From Octopus bimaculoides (taxonomy: Eukaryota), in assembly GCF_001194135.2 (NCBI RefSeq), contig NC_068990.1:73945408-74009407 (forward strand): a DNA stretch of 64,000 nucleotides. Reading direction: 5' to 3'. The position numbers and the translations under genes are program-made. Shown one piece after another: positions 26,391 through 38,345 of this stretch. Each line of letters starts with the position of its first letter. The stretch's first letter is position 1. The notes beneath the pieces are model-generated. The model worked only from the letters and a program-made list of their open reading frames with translations, ran no database searches and was not told where the DNA came from.

Positions 26391-26771
26391 NNNNNNNNNN
26401 NNNNNNNNNNNNNNNNNNNNNNNNNNNNNNNNNNNNNNNNNNNNNNNNNNNNNNNNNNNNNNNNNNNNNNNNNNNNNNNNNNNNNNNNNNNNNNNNNNNN
26501 NNNNNNNNNNNNNNNNNNNNNNNNNNNNNNNNNNNNNNNNNNNNNNNNNNNNNNNNNNNNNNNNNNNNNNNNNNNNNNNNNNNNNNNNNNNNNNNNNNNN
26601 NNNNNNNNNNNNNNNNNNNNNNNNNNNNNNNNNNNNNNNNNNNNNNNNNNNNNNNNNNNNNNNNNNNNNNNNNNNNNNNNNNNNNNNNNNNNNNNNNNNN
26701 NNNNNNNNNNNNNNNNNNNNNNNNNNNNNNNNNNNNNNNNNNNNNNNNNNNNNNNNNNNNNNNNNNNNNNN

Positions 26772-26970
26772 CCTTCGTCCCATTGGCTCGTACAATCACC
26801 CACTACACTCTCTGAGTGGTTGGCATTAGGAAGGGCATCCAGCTGTAGAAACTCTGCTAAATCAGATTGGAGCCTGGTGTAACCACCTGGTTCACCAGTC
26901 CTCAGTCAAATCGTCCAGCCCATGCTAGCATGGAAAGCGGACGTTAGACGATGATGATGATGATGATGAT
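26772..26970 (+). mobile_element. RTE-type 3' tail
   Basis: It runs CACCCACTACACTCTCTGAGTGGTTGGC...CCATGCTAGCATGGAAAGCGGACG then (GAT)n. Confidence 0.85.
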
Positions 26971-28683
26971 GTGTGCATGTATATATTCATATGTGTGTGT
27001 GTGTGTGTGTGTTTGTGTATAGAAATATATACAACTACTCTGAAATGTTAACATCTCACAATCTGTTTGTGCGTATGTATGTATGATAAGAGTTAAAATA
27101 TAATACGAAATAAACACTAATATTTGGTTTCAGTAAGTAAATGTCATATATAAATGTTAACTTGTGCATATTTGATACCACTGATATATAAATAAACCAT
27201 ATTTTATTCATTGCTGTTTTTAACAATACAAAGAACATCTTTTCTTCATTCAACAAATGCAACATACCATAATTACACTTTGAAACATGTAATTCTTTTA
27301 AAATCTGACAAAAATAAGAATAATTTCATTTAAATTGTTTATTTTATCTATCCTCTGTTTTAAACTCTTCTTTAGTTTTATTTATGCATTAAGTTTCTCC
27401 AGAATTCCTTTTATGATGATAAAATGTTCTATGTATGAAAGAAGATGATATTGCATAGACACTTTTCATAGGAGCAGTTGGTTGGAAAATGTACATATAT
27501 TGTTTTTATGTACATTTATTGTATTTTAGTGTTATATTAATCATCCCAAAATTTAATTTCGCAAATTAACATCGATAATAGTTGACGAAAATTTCCTTTT
27601 TTCTAGAGTGATTTGTCCATTTTTGAGGATCTTGTAAAGAAAATAAAACAAGAGAAAGAGAGAAGAATAAGTGAGAGAGAAATGCTGTAAAATTTTTGAG
27701 AGAAAAGTCAAGGAAAAGAACCAGTAAAGGAAAGAAAGAAAAAAACTGTGTGGGAGAATAAAGGAAAGAGAACATAAGAGAAAGAAAAGGTTAGTGCATG
27801 AAAGAGAAAGAAATACAGTGCAAGTTAACACATACATATTAAATATACAGGAAGACTTCCAACCATGTTTCGTGGTTCACTACCTCAACACCTCTTTTAT
27901 AGGATCCAGTGGCTAAAGATATCATCAGGAGGAACCACGTCTGGTTTTGGCCCCTACTCTTCTACCGTTTTTGACGTGGCAGGGACCCCTCTTCAGAGAT
28001 GTCTTCAGCTCTGGTGTTGAGTGCGATTTTTTTTCCTCCTTTATTCTTTGGCCTTTTGTTCTTTGGTTTCTTTGATGCAGCATCAACAAATGTCAGTAGG
28101 TGAATGACTATCCTGCCAAATTTCCTTTTAAATACTCACTATTAGGCTCCAGCAGCCAGCACTAGCTAACTGTCACATGACACTGTCTAAGCTTCAACTG
28201 ACCCATGGAGGGGAAGAACACGTGGTTTTGGTCTGCACCCTCTCTAAACCTACCTTCCAACAGCATCATGTTAGCTTCAGTTCCAGCAGCCAAAGTTGAC
28301 TAGCTGTCTGGTGGTACAAGCCTTCGAACCAGCAAGGGGGCATGCAATGAATGAGACTGCTCCCTTGGCTCGCCTGTCAAGCCAGCCTCACCTAGCAATG
28401 CTATTTCCCAGCCATGTTATGGCTGTCGAGCCATTTTGGGTTTTCTCATTTCAGCCATATTTAGAAGCTGGCTTTGTCGACTGCCGCCTGTATCCTCCTT
28501 ATTACGTTTCTCAGCTCTGAGCTCACAAATGCAAACCTTTATATCATATGTGTGTTTTGTGTGTGTATTTGGAACTAATACTACACTCCATGGGTATTCT
28601 GAGTTTCTCACCTTCCATCATTCTCATTCTGTCTCTCACTCTCTCTCAAACACACAAAAACATTCAGTTCTTTTATTCTTTTG

Positions 28684-28850
28684 AAATCTGACAAAAATAA
28701 GAATAATTTCCATCATACATAGAACATTTTATCTGCATCAAAGGAATTCTGGAGAAACTTAATGCATCAATAAAACTAAAGAAGAGTTTAAAACAGAGGT
28801 TAGATAAAATAAATATTTTAAATAAAATTATTCTTATTTTTGTCAGATTT
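28684..28850. mobile_element. 167-bp element with 26-bp TIRs; inverted partial copy at 27301-27438
   Basis: The TIRs are AAATCTGACAAAAATAAGAATAATTT ... AAATTATTCTTATTTTTGTCAGATTT. 28713-28850 is a close reverse complement of 27301-27438. Confidence 0.7.
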
Positions 28851-29133
28851 AAGGGAAAAAAGCTAGAACAACATTTAGTTGAGCAAATCGGTACTAATTC
28901 TTTGTAAGCTTAGTATTTATTCTATTGGTTTCCTTTGCCATTCATCCTTTTTGGGGTTGATAAATTGAGTACCAGTTAAGCACTGGAGTCAGTTTAATCC
29001 ACTTAATTCTGACCCCAAAATTGCTGGCCTTGTGCCAACATTTGAAACCGATATAATTGACTGCAACCTTCCCTTAAATTTGGGGGCTTGTGTCTATGTT
29101 AGGAATCGATATTCTTTGAAGGTAACTTTAAAT

Positions 29134-29272
29134 GAGTGGCTGTGTGGTAAGTAGCTTGCTTACCAACCACATGGTCCCAGGTTCAGTCCCACTGCGTGGC
29201 ACCTATAGCCTCGGGCCAACCAAAGCCTTGTGAGTGGATTTGGTAGATGGAAACTGAAAGAAGCCCGTCGTA

Positions 29273-29309
<37 letters not shown>

Positions 29310-29515
29310 GTGTTTGTGTGTATGTGTTTGTCCCTCCACCATCGCTTGACAACCGATGCTGGTGTGTTTACGTCTCCGTAACTTAGTTGTTCGGCAAAAA
29401 GAGACCGATAGAATAAGTACTAGGCTTACAAAGAATAAGTCCTGGGGTCGATTTTCTCGACTAAAGGCGATGCTCCAGCATGGCCACAGTCAAATGACTG
29501 AAACAAGTAAAAGAG
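29134..29515 (+). mobile_element. tRNA-derived SINE with internal microsatellite (head-(TA/TG)n-tail)
   Basis: A tRNA-like head (GTGGCTGTGTGGTAAGTAGC..GGTTCAGTCCC) precedes ..GGAAACTGAAAGAAGCCCGTCG, a (TA)n/(TG)n tract at about 29271-29330, and a tail CCACCATCGCTTGACAACCG...AAATGACTGAAACAAGTAAAAGAG. Confidence 0.85.
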
Positions 29516-30622
29516 TATTCTGCAGTTGATAAAATGAAGTACCTGTTAAATACTGAGGTCCAATGTAATAAAGAATAGTCTTCTCTTTCATACCTGAGGC
29601 CTTTTGCCTCATTAAAAATTGGAAAAAAATGTTAATTCTTGATACTATACTGCTGCTCTTGTTTACACTTGATCTTTTAATATATTTTTAATATATTCTA
29701 AACATTAAATAAGACTACATGTACTAAAATAGCAGTTATATAGCAGGTGACATCACACAATAATTTGATATCTATTAATTCTCTTATTCTGCGCTAACAT
29801 TTATATACAGGTATATCAGTTTATATAATTAGAGATTTCGTTACTAAATAATTCAGGAAGTTATTGTAAATGTACACTTCCAAAGACTGAACTGCAGCAG
29901 TCAAAAGACATGTTAGGTGTCTCCTGTTCTTGTAAGTGCACTGCACTTTGAAACAAATCAAAAAATTAAAACAAAACAAAAAAAGGTTAAAAAATGTAGA
30001 AATGATATCAGACATCTTTTAATATAATTTTTCTTCCACCATTTATCTGATTATATTTTGGAACATTTATTTCAAGATATCATGAAGCATATCTGAAAAT
30101 ACTTCAATAAGAGAACAAGAATGAAAATTAAACCAAATAATAATAATAAAAAAAAAATGATGGGAAATATTAAAAAGTAAGGACAAAAATAATGGATAGA
30201 AAGTAAGAAGGAACTATAGGGCAAACAAATGTCCTTAATGCCAATAAAAACTGTCTAAAAAAAAATGTAGTGGAACTGGAACAATGGCCAGGTCAGAGAT
30301 GTACAACGGAAATCTTTGACACTTTATTCTATATCATCATAAAATAAAACAAAAGAAAAAGTAAAAGTCTTTGGTAGCTTCTAAAAGAATTCTTTCATGA
30401 TGTAATTATTATTTGTACAAATATTGGTCCAAATATTTGTATGTGTATGCATATATATATATGTGTATGTATATATATGCACAAAAGTACACACACATAT
30501 ATGTATGTATGAATGTGGATTTCATCTTGACTCAATACATACATACAAACATACATATATTTATATGTGTGTGTGTGTGTGCGTGCGTGTGTGTGTGTGT
30601 ATGCATGTGTGTGTGTAGGTAC

Positions 30623-30973
30623 AGGTGTGCCTGTGTGGCAAGAAGCTTCCTTCCCAACCACATGGTTCCAAGTTCAGTCCCACTGTGTGGCACTTTGGAC
30701 AAGCATATTCTACAATATCCTCAGGCTGACTAAAGCCTTGTGAGTGGATTTGGTAGACAGAAGCTGAAAGAAGCCCATCGTATATGCGTGTATATATATC
30801 TATGTGTCTGTGTTTGTTTCCCCCATCACAGTTTGATAACTGGTGTTGGTGTGTTTACATCTCCAAAACTTCATGGTTCAGCAAAAGAGACCAATAGAAT
30901 AAGTACTAGGTCAAATTGTTCGACTAAATCCCTTCAAGGTGGTGCTCCAGCAAAGCCACAGTCAAACGACTGA
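30623..30973 (+). mobile_element. same SINE family, short internal microsatellite
   Basis: The head and tail are homologous to 29134-29515. Confidence 0.8.
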
Positions 30974-31792
30974 ACTGACTAGCAAAATACACACACACAC
31001 ACAGATATATATATATATATAAATTATAAATAAAGGTATCTAAGAGATACCAACATGCTTGAAATAGCAGTCAAAACTTGACTCTAAAAACACATCAAGT
31101 ATTCAATACAGCACAAGGTGAAAAGATAAATAGAGAAATAAAGCTAGCAAAAATTGGATGTGTGTATGTGTGTGTATATATATGTGTGTGCGTGTCTTTG
31201 TTAGTCATTGAATCACCAACCACTTGACAACTGGTGTTAGTTTTTCTACATCTTTGTAACCTAGTAGTTTGACAAAAGGGTTTGATATATTAAGTACCAG
31301 AATTTTAAAAACAAATAAGTTGTGTGTCAATGTCGAACTGTGATAACACAATAAATTGCAGTAGCATTAAATAAAAATATTTATACAGGTTTTTCCTTTC
31401 CTAAAGTGTTTATTTATATAGGGTTGGATTGATTGGATAGTCTATGTTCAGTCCACAGCAGGACTAAGGTCTCAGCATGTTCTCTCCACCAACCATGGTC
31501 TCATTTGTATGCTGAGAATTTGAGCTTTGGATCATACTGGTTTGATAAGCCTACTTTGCCACACTTGCTCAACATAGCTTGGCAGAGGGGTGCAGTTTGT
31601 TTTTTATTATACTCATAACCAGGAGATCTTATGTCAATCATACATACATATATACATACATACATAAATTACACCTTATTTTTAAACATTTGAGAAAGTA
31701 TAAAAAATGAGAACAGGAACTTTCATAAAACATTAACTATATGACAATCACCAGTCATTTTAGAAAGGAGACATTGAATAATCTAGTCTAGA

Positions 31793-32012
31793 CCTTTTAG
31801 CATTTAAACTGGCTATATCTGGCCCAAATCTTCTATCTGTTTTATGTTCAAACTGGCCATATCTGGCGTCTGACACGTACTCTACAATGTCATTCTAAAA
31901 ATAAACAATCACATCATTGAAACCTTCAGGCTATGAGATAATGGATGATTAATTCAAAACAATGTAAATAAATAACCATTATCCTTGACAGATTAATTTG
32001 AATACTAAAGGG
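31793..32012 (+). mobile_element. TTAA MITE, same family
   Basis: It runs CCTTTTAGCATTTAAACTGGC...AATACTAAAGGG|TTAA, about 220 bp. Confidence 0.8.
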
Positions 32013-34137
32013 TTAAATGCAATGTTTGAATTAAAGAGATGACCATGGTTGAAATGCCTCCCGCCCTATCTCAGATTGACCTGAATTGAAATAAGCATGT
32101 GGCTAAACAACTACATTGGACTGCAAACCTACATGTGGTTTGCCTGCGAACCCACTTGTAGCTTGCCTGTTATCTTATCAGCATGGCCATCTACAGGTCT
32201 ATGTAGAGATGACAGAAATATCTTATTTACATTTGTATTTTAAAGCATTTATAGAAAAAAGTTTTATCCAAAGGGTTTACTCAATTCCTTCTTTTTTCTA
32301 TTTTAGTACATATAAATTTTGAAAACTTTAAAAATCTTATTCAGAAGCATTTCAAAAACATATAGATAATAGCTAAATCACAACTACATTCTTTATTCAG
32401 AGAAGTTCTTATAAATTTAATATATTTTTTCAATAATTTCTTCTTTTTTTTTTATTTCATCTTGTTTTTTTTTAGAAAAGAAGTGTACAAGCTGAAAATG
32501 TGAGTGGCCTGGTATTAATTCATGAAAGTGAGATTTTGTTTTCTTTTTCTCATTCTTTTTTCACTTTTTTATTTTTGCATCTGTTTACTTCAGTATTGAA
32601 AATTTACATAATCATTCTTATAAAAAAGAAACAAATAAAGAATACATAAAGACAAAAATAAAGGCATTTATAAAACAAAAAAAAATTATATTTATCTCAG
32701 TTGACATTTTAAAATGGTAATAGGAAAAAAAAACATACATTCCAGTTGTAAACATTCGAGTTCATGCTTTTTAATTTCTTGGAGCTGTTTATTTCAACAG
32801 CTCAAATCATTTCTAAAACGAGTGTTCAGTTGAAAAGAAACCTTGTAAAGATATTCATTCTAGACTAAACTGTATTCCTACATATTAATCTTTCCAATAA
32901 ATGCTTTTTTAAAAATTTTTTTACATGATATTTACTTTTTCAAATAAATGGCACATTTTGTAAATAAGACAACCAAATAAATAAATCTGATATATATTTT
33001 TGTTCTCTAGATTGTTTTCCCATTTACACATGGAGCGTCTTTCATATTTCTCAATGCTGTAAATATATTCAGAAAGGATGTAATGTACGAATCTAGGACA
33101 GCATGCTTGCTTACAGATTAATTTAAATATTGATTTCTTATAATGGCACAAGTCTACAAAGTGAAAATGACAGTTTGAATTCCAATATTGTGCAACTACT
33201 ACTTGTTTTACTGACCCTGCATAGAAGAAATGCATTGACATCTGTAGCAGGAATTGAAATTAGAATAAATATATAAAGAATGCTGTATATTTCCTTAAAT
33301 AATTAAAAACTGCCAGTTACATGGCATGTATGGATTTTATGTGGACTCATCCATTTTTTCTTATATATATTGTGCTTAAAATAAACAGGCAAACGCAGTT
33401 GATTCCATCACTACAGGATCACAGTTGATGTTGTTACTCCTTCTCATACGTTCTGCTGTTGGTTGAGCTTCTGCTACGGTGAGACAGAAATTCACAGTTT
33501 ACAGCTATTTGATCCTGGTTCCTATACCGATGCATATGAAATAAGCAAACTACAAAACTTGACAGAATATAACACGATAGAATTAAATGCTGGAGTGGCG
33601 TGTGTGTGTGTGTGTGTGGGGGGGTATTTGATTTGATGATTCACCATTCATGCCACAATTGATCCCTGACACAACTGAGCCATGCTACTACAGTGCTATA
33701 TCTCTATTGAGCTCTATCAAAGTAGATTCCTGGTATTACAGAGCTCTACACTACTACAAACCTATAGTACCACATCACCCTGCAACCTCAGCCCTGGCAC
33801 TGCTAAGGCATACTGTAGTATTCTACCTCAACTGAGAGACATGTTTCTTACAGCCATTCTACCACAGTACTCTGAAACTTTATACTCCTACTGCAATATA
33901 TCTCTGCCACTATACAGTAAGCCATGCTGCTAGAGATGCTTTTTATTACAAATACATCCCACTTTCTAGCCTTGAGTGAACCACATGGCTCGGTTGTTAG
34001 AGCATCAGGCTCACAATCATGAGGTATTGAGTTCAATTCCCAGACCGAGCTGTGTGTTGCGTTCATAAGCAAGACACTTTATTTCATGTTGCTCCAGTTC
34101 ACTCAGCTGTGGAAACGAGCTGTGACATCACAAGAGT

Positions 34138-34500
34138 TCAGGCTCAATTCAGATGGCTATGTGAAACTGCTGGAGGTTGTGATCAAATACTGGCTGGAGA
34201 GGGTTGCTGCAGGATTCGGTTCTTTGTCATACTTCCAAAAAGAGTCAGAAGTGGTTGTCTGAAAATATTTTCGACTTCAACAGCCTCAACTTCTGGCCTC
34301 CCAACTCTTTCGATTGTAACCCTATGGATCAGGAGGTGAGAGTCATGGTTTAGAAAGACACCAACCTCTCTTCCTGCAAGTCAATGCAGAACTGATCAAG
34401 AAGGTGTTTGGAAAACTTAAACAGTGGGAAAGACATACGTCAGGTTCCAGATACATCTTGAGATCATGGTGGAAGCTGAGGGCTGCTACTTTGAGTTAAC
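34138..34500 (+). mobile_element. Tc1/mariner maT-type (DD37D) transposase fragment
   Basis: The frame reads QD(34213)SVLCHTSKKSQKWLSENIFDFNSLNFWPPNSFDCNPMD(34327), with exactly 37 residues between the second and third catalytic D. Upstream is RLNSDGYVKLLEVVIKYWLERVAA and the end is MVEAEGCYFE. Confidence 0.85.
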
Positions 34501-34599
34501 TCTTATCCCTCAGCCACAATCTAGTTGAAATATTTTTTTTAATACTTTTATTTTTCGATGGGATATTGTGTTTTCTTTTCTTTTTATGTAAAATGTAAA

Positions 34600-35600
34600 A
34601 TTTAGCCTAAACACTGTAAGTATGCACTTCTTCTATTTTTTGATTATTGTAAATCTTCCACTGAGGAGGGAGCCCGTTTCCAACAAAGATGCAAGGCACC
34701 GTCTTTGGGATGTAATTAACACAGACAAATTCACATTTGGAACTTGCTTATTTTTACTGTTCCACTCACAGACTGCATTTGTAATGTACGAATTAGCTGG
34801 TCGATTTCTCTTTCTGAAAATCCCAGTTTATCCAGATTCTCCTTTAAGCATTTACTAACAAAACCTAGTGCTCCAATTATTATTGGTATGAATATGAATT
34901 CATAGTCTGAGTATAGAAGCTGGAGGTTTCAAAGCAGTTGTCCATAGATATCCTCTTTTTCTTTTATTTTCAAATGGATATTCATATTTGCAGGGCAGCT
35001 GACCTTTATGATGGTACATACCTTTGCCCCTCTGGCCCAAACAACAACATCCAGCCTGTTATGTTTACACTTGATAGAAGTTTTGATGGAAATATTCTAC
35101 CAGTATTCCTTGGGTTGGTGTTTATGAATATATTCCATAACAGAGGGATTTTCTAAGCTTATTTCTGAACAGTCTTCTTTGCGGATGGCATTGTAAATTG
35201 TTTTAGCAACAACATCGTACCACAAACGGAGGTAGTACTGTGAAATCATTTTATGACAGCTTCTAATCACTTGCGTGATATCTTCCACAGAAACATGACA
35301 TAGCCTGTACATGGAGTTGCACCTTAAGATTACAAGAGCGTCATTGTCTCTCTTGTTCACACAGGTACTTTGTGGCAATCTCCTGTTTCTCGAAGTGTGA
35401 TGCGATGTTGTGTTCTTGTATCCAAGAGAGGTTGCGCTTTGTGTCAATTCTACTGTTTTCTTCAAGCTTCGGGGCAACATACCCATGCATAATCTTTTTT
35501 TCATATGCTGAGTGCTTTCCATCCAGGTCTTCTCTGAGATAAGACAGCCCAGCTGTTTTGGGGCTGTATAAGAGATCAGGAAGAGAGTGCTTCTTGAGGA
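34600..35600 (-). mobile_element. R4/Dong-clade non-LTR retrotransposon 3' end (zinc knuckle + restriction-like endonuclease)
   Basis: The minus translation gives RLCHVSVEDITQVIRSCHKM..YY..YDVVAKTIYNAI (decayed CCHC), then EYWWN..IKCKHNRLDVVVW..KVCTIIKVSCPA..KEKEDIYGQLL*NLQLLY..FIPIIIGALGFVSKCLKENLDKLGF. The truncated 5' end abuts (TATG)n at about 35600. Confidence 0.85.
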
Positions 35601-36505
35601 GCTATGTATGTATGTATGTATGTGTGCATGTATGTATTTATATATGTATGTGCGTGTGTGTGCTGTAAGTGTATGTATGTATGTATGTATATATACTTCA
35701 CTCAGAATACAAACAATATTTTGGCTGTGGACTGCGATTAAGTGAAAAGTTATGTTTTTATTTTTGTTATTTTCTTCCCAGCAGGTGGTCGCAATTTGTT
35801 TTTATATCTACATAACAAAATAGTTTCGTTTTGATTTGTTTGTTTTCGTCCATTTCACATTATGTATATTTTTTTACGCGGAAATATTGGTTTAAATATA
35901 TTTTATATAATTAAAGTTTATATTTAATAGATATAGATCTACATTAATTTATCTCCATGTCATAGACGATTGATGTCTGATAGTTAAAGGGATATGTGAT
36001 TCTATTGGTTTACATTTAGTTCGTTTTAATTACGTCTTTTTTTAAATGTTTTAAGTACGTTAGTGGGTGTTTTTGTCAATTTTACATTATTTATATGATT
36101 TTTTAAGTGAAACTATTCATTTAAATATATCTCATATAATTAAGGTTCATGTTTGATAGATATTAGTCTTAATTGGCTTATTTGCATGTTGTTTTAAGAT
36201 TATTGAAGCCTGATAGTTACAATTACATGTTATTCCGTTAGTTTATACTGTGTGCGTTTTAATTATATTTCGGTTTTTGAAATGTTAATTTATGTTCTTT
36301 AATTATTCTATACGTTTACATTTCTAGGTTGACTATTCTTGAAAGTTATTATTATTTTCTGTTTTACGTATTAGCAATGTGTTTTTGTTTATGTTCAATA
36401 ACGTTTTATGTTTAGTTTACCAATTCGTTTTAATGGTCTGTTTTTAAGTTCTATAATTCTTAAGGTGGCAATATTCATTTTGGGAATATTTCTCTGTTTT
36501 CTACA

Positions 36506-36919
36506 TGTAGTTGTATAACCCACTTTCTACTATACTGGTGACCCCCGACGTGATTCGATCACGCAGCCCGCTGAGCTGCAATAACCCACTTTCAACTAAA
36601 GTGGTGACCCCCGACGAAGAAAAAACGGAACGCTGAACTCCAGGCTATCAACTTAAACAACATTTATTGAGGTGGTAATGATATATACATCTTTAGTTCT
36701 TGTTGTTACAGCTCTGTGTGTATGAGCATAGTTGTTGGGACGTTGTTCTATAGATGTGAGCGAGCTGTCGAGCGTAGTCCGAAAGATGTAGAGAGACAGC
36801 TTAAACACAGGTCCATGCTCAATCGCTGGCCAGCAAGAAAGAGAATGAATTGAGCGGGAACGCTTGCTTGTTTAATTCTACGCATGCGTGAGACTACGCA
36901 TGCGCACGGCGTTACTACA
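36506..36919 (-). mobile_element. Gypsy-like solo LTR (414 bp), possibly CsRn1/Kabuki-related
   Basis: The ends are TGTAGT...ACTACA (TG..CA terminal inverted repeat). On the minus strand the order is: GCGCATGCGT/ACGCATGCGT palindromes near the 5' end, a pyrimidine-rich middle, AATAAA (plus 36663-36668) followed by TGTTGTTT, then a U5-like tail. It is GC-richer than its flanks. No clean TSD was found (left CTACA, right TAGTT). Confidence 0.7.
36536..36579 (-). other. tRNA-Trp 3'-half-derived sequence with CCA end, embedded in the LTR (not a tRNA gene)
   Basis: The minus strand reads GCAGCTCAGCGGGCTGCGTGATCGAATCACGTCGGGGGTCACCA. A metazoan tRNA-Trp 3' half, recalled from memory, is CCAGATCAGAAGGCTGCGTGTTCGAATCACGTCGGGGTCA+CCA, about 38/44 identical. 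A second 15-nt copy lies at 36602-36616. Confidence 0.85.
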
Positions 36920-37794
36920 TAGTTTTTAAATTGTGTGCTTTTTAACTATAGATATGTAATGATTAATATGTGACATTTAATGATTGTTTCGTAACAATAA
37001 GCAAATGTAACGGATAAATTGCATTCCTGCTTCTTGTCTGTCAAGTTTCAGGCAGCGTTTATAACTTCAAGGTTGTTCACAACAGCCGAATTAAATGATT
37101 CTGCACAGGAATCGAAACCATGAGGTTATTCATTAGGCAGCTGACGATGAATGTATAAATCTGCTAGGTCTACAGGAAATAACAGACAAGTCTCTCAACT
37201 CACACCCTATTGCATTAAAAAAAAGATGGATAAATTGAACAATGTAATCCTTAAATACATGTCCAAAGGGAGAATGATCGTGGAATCTAAGTTTATGGGG
37301 AAAGGAGAGACAAAGAGGGCAAAAGAAAACAGGCAAGATAAGGTGTCTTAGAAGTGAAGCAATAAAACCAGAACTTTGGCATTGAATAGATAGTAAAAGA
37401 TGTACAAAATAAAACAAGAACTAAAAACTACACAATTAGGGTTGACAGCCAAGATAAGTAAATTTTGGTAACATTCAGAACAAAGGCAGTGAATATTACC
37501 ATGCATAAAACTGCTGCGTGAAAAAAGTATACAAATGTAAATGAATGAAAAAAAACGAGCAAAAAAATGTAAATAAAATAAATGATAAAACAATGGAATA
37601 TAAAATACAGAACAGTAACATTCAAAAGAAAAGCAGTGGAGATTAACATATAAAACTGTCGCATGAAAGTATAAAAAATAACAAAAAGCATGACAAATAT
37701 AGGAAAACACTGTATCGAATTAAAAAGTTATTTTAAAAAACATGTATATATGTATGAATAAACTATATGCATATAGATACATAAACAACGGAAT

Positions 37795-38345
37795 GTATGT
37801 ATCTATGTAAATATGTCATTGTTCAGTTTTATTTCAAGATTTCTTGCCAATAGAGAAGGAGCCCGTCTCTAACCTAGATTCAAGGCTCCTTCAGTGGAAT
37901 TTCAGCATCAACAACAGTGTATTTTTGCATGTATGTATGTATGTGTGCAGGTTTGTATATATTGCTTTATGTGTGTATTGTCATGCATATATTTGCATAT
38001 CTAGACATATTCATATATTTAAATGATAAACATCTGGAAAGTTTTTCTGATATTTTACAGTTCCAGTGATGGAATGGATCTGTAGTCTTCGAAATAGCTT
38101 TCTCCTTTCTGATTTTGAGAAGCCTAACTTCTCAAGACTGATGTTTAGGCAGTATGTTACATATCCCAGGGCCTAATAATTACAGGTATAAACCTGAACT
38201 TGTAATCTGGATAGAGTAACTGCAGATTTCTCAATAGTTCAGTGTAGGTGTTTTCTTTTTTACTGATCTTCAGCTTTATGTTAACATTCACTGAGCAGCT
38301 AATTTCCACAACTGTTCAGAGATTCTCTTCTTTATCCCAAATCAT
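37795..38345 (-). mobile_element. R4/Dong-clade 3' end, related to the 34.6-35.6 kb copy
   Basis: The minus translation is IMIWDKEENL*TVVEISCSVNVNIKLKISKKENTYTELLRNLQLLYPDYKFRFIPVII. The 3' UTR shares GGAGCCCGT..AAC..AGAT.CAAGGC.CC with about 34668-34705. The 5' break is in (TATG)n. Confidence 0.8.

Noticed and set aside
36536-36616. Functional tRNA-Trp gene
   Set aside because: Only the 3' half is present, the CCA is encoded, the T-loop is mutated, and there is no D-arm or A-box.
37085-37135. Intact hammerhead ribozyme
   Set aside because: The stems are plausible but the CUGANGA core is not recognisable. It is kept only as a hint in the host-element finding.
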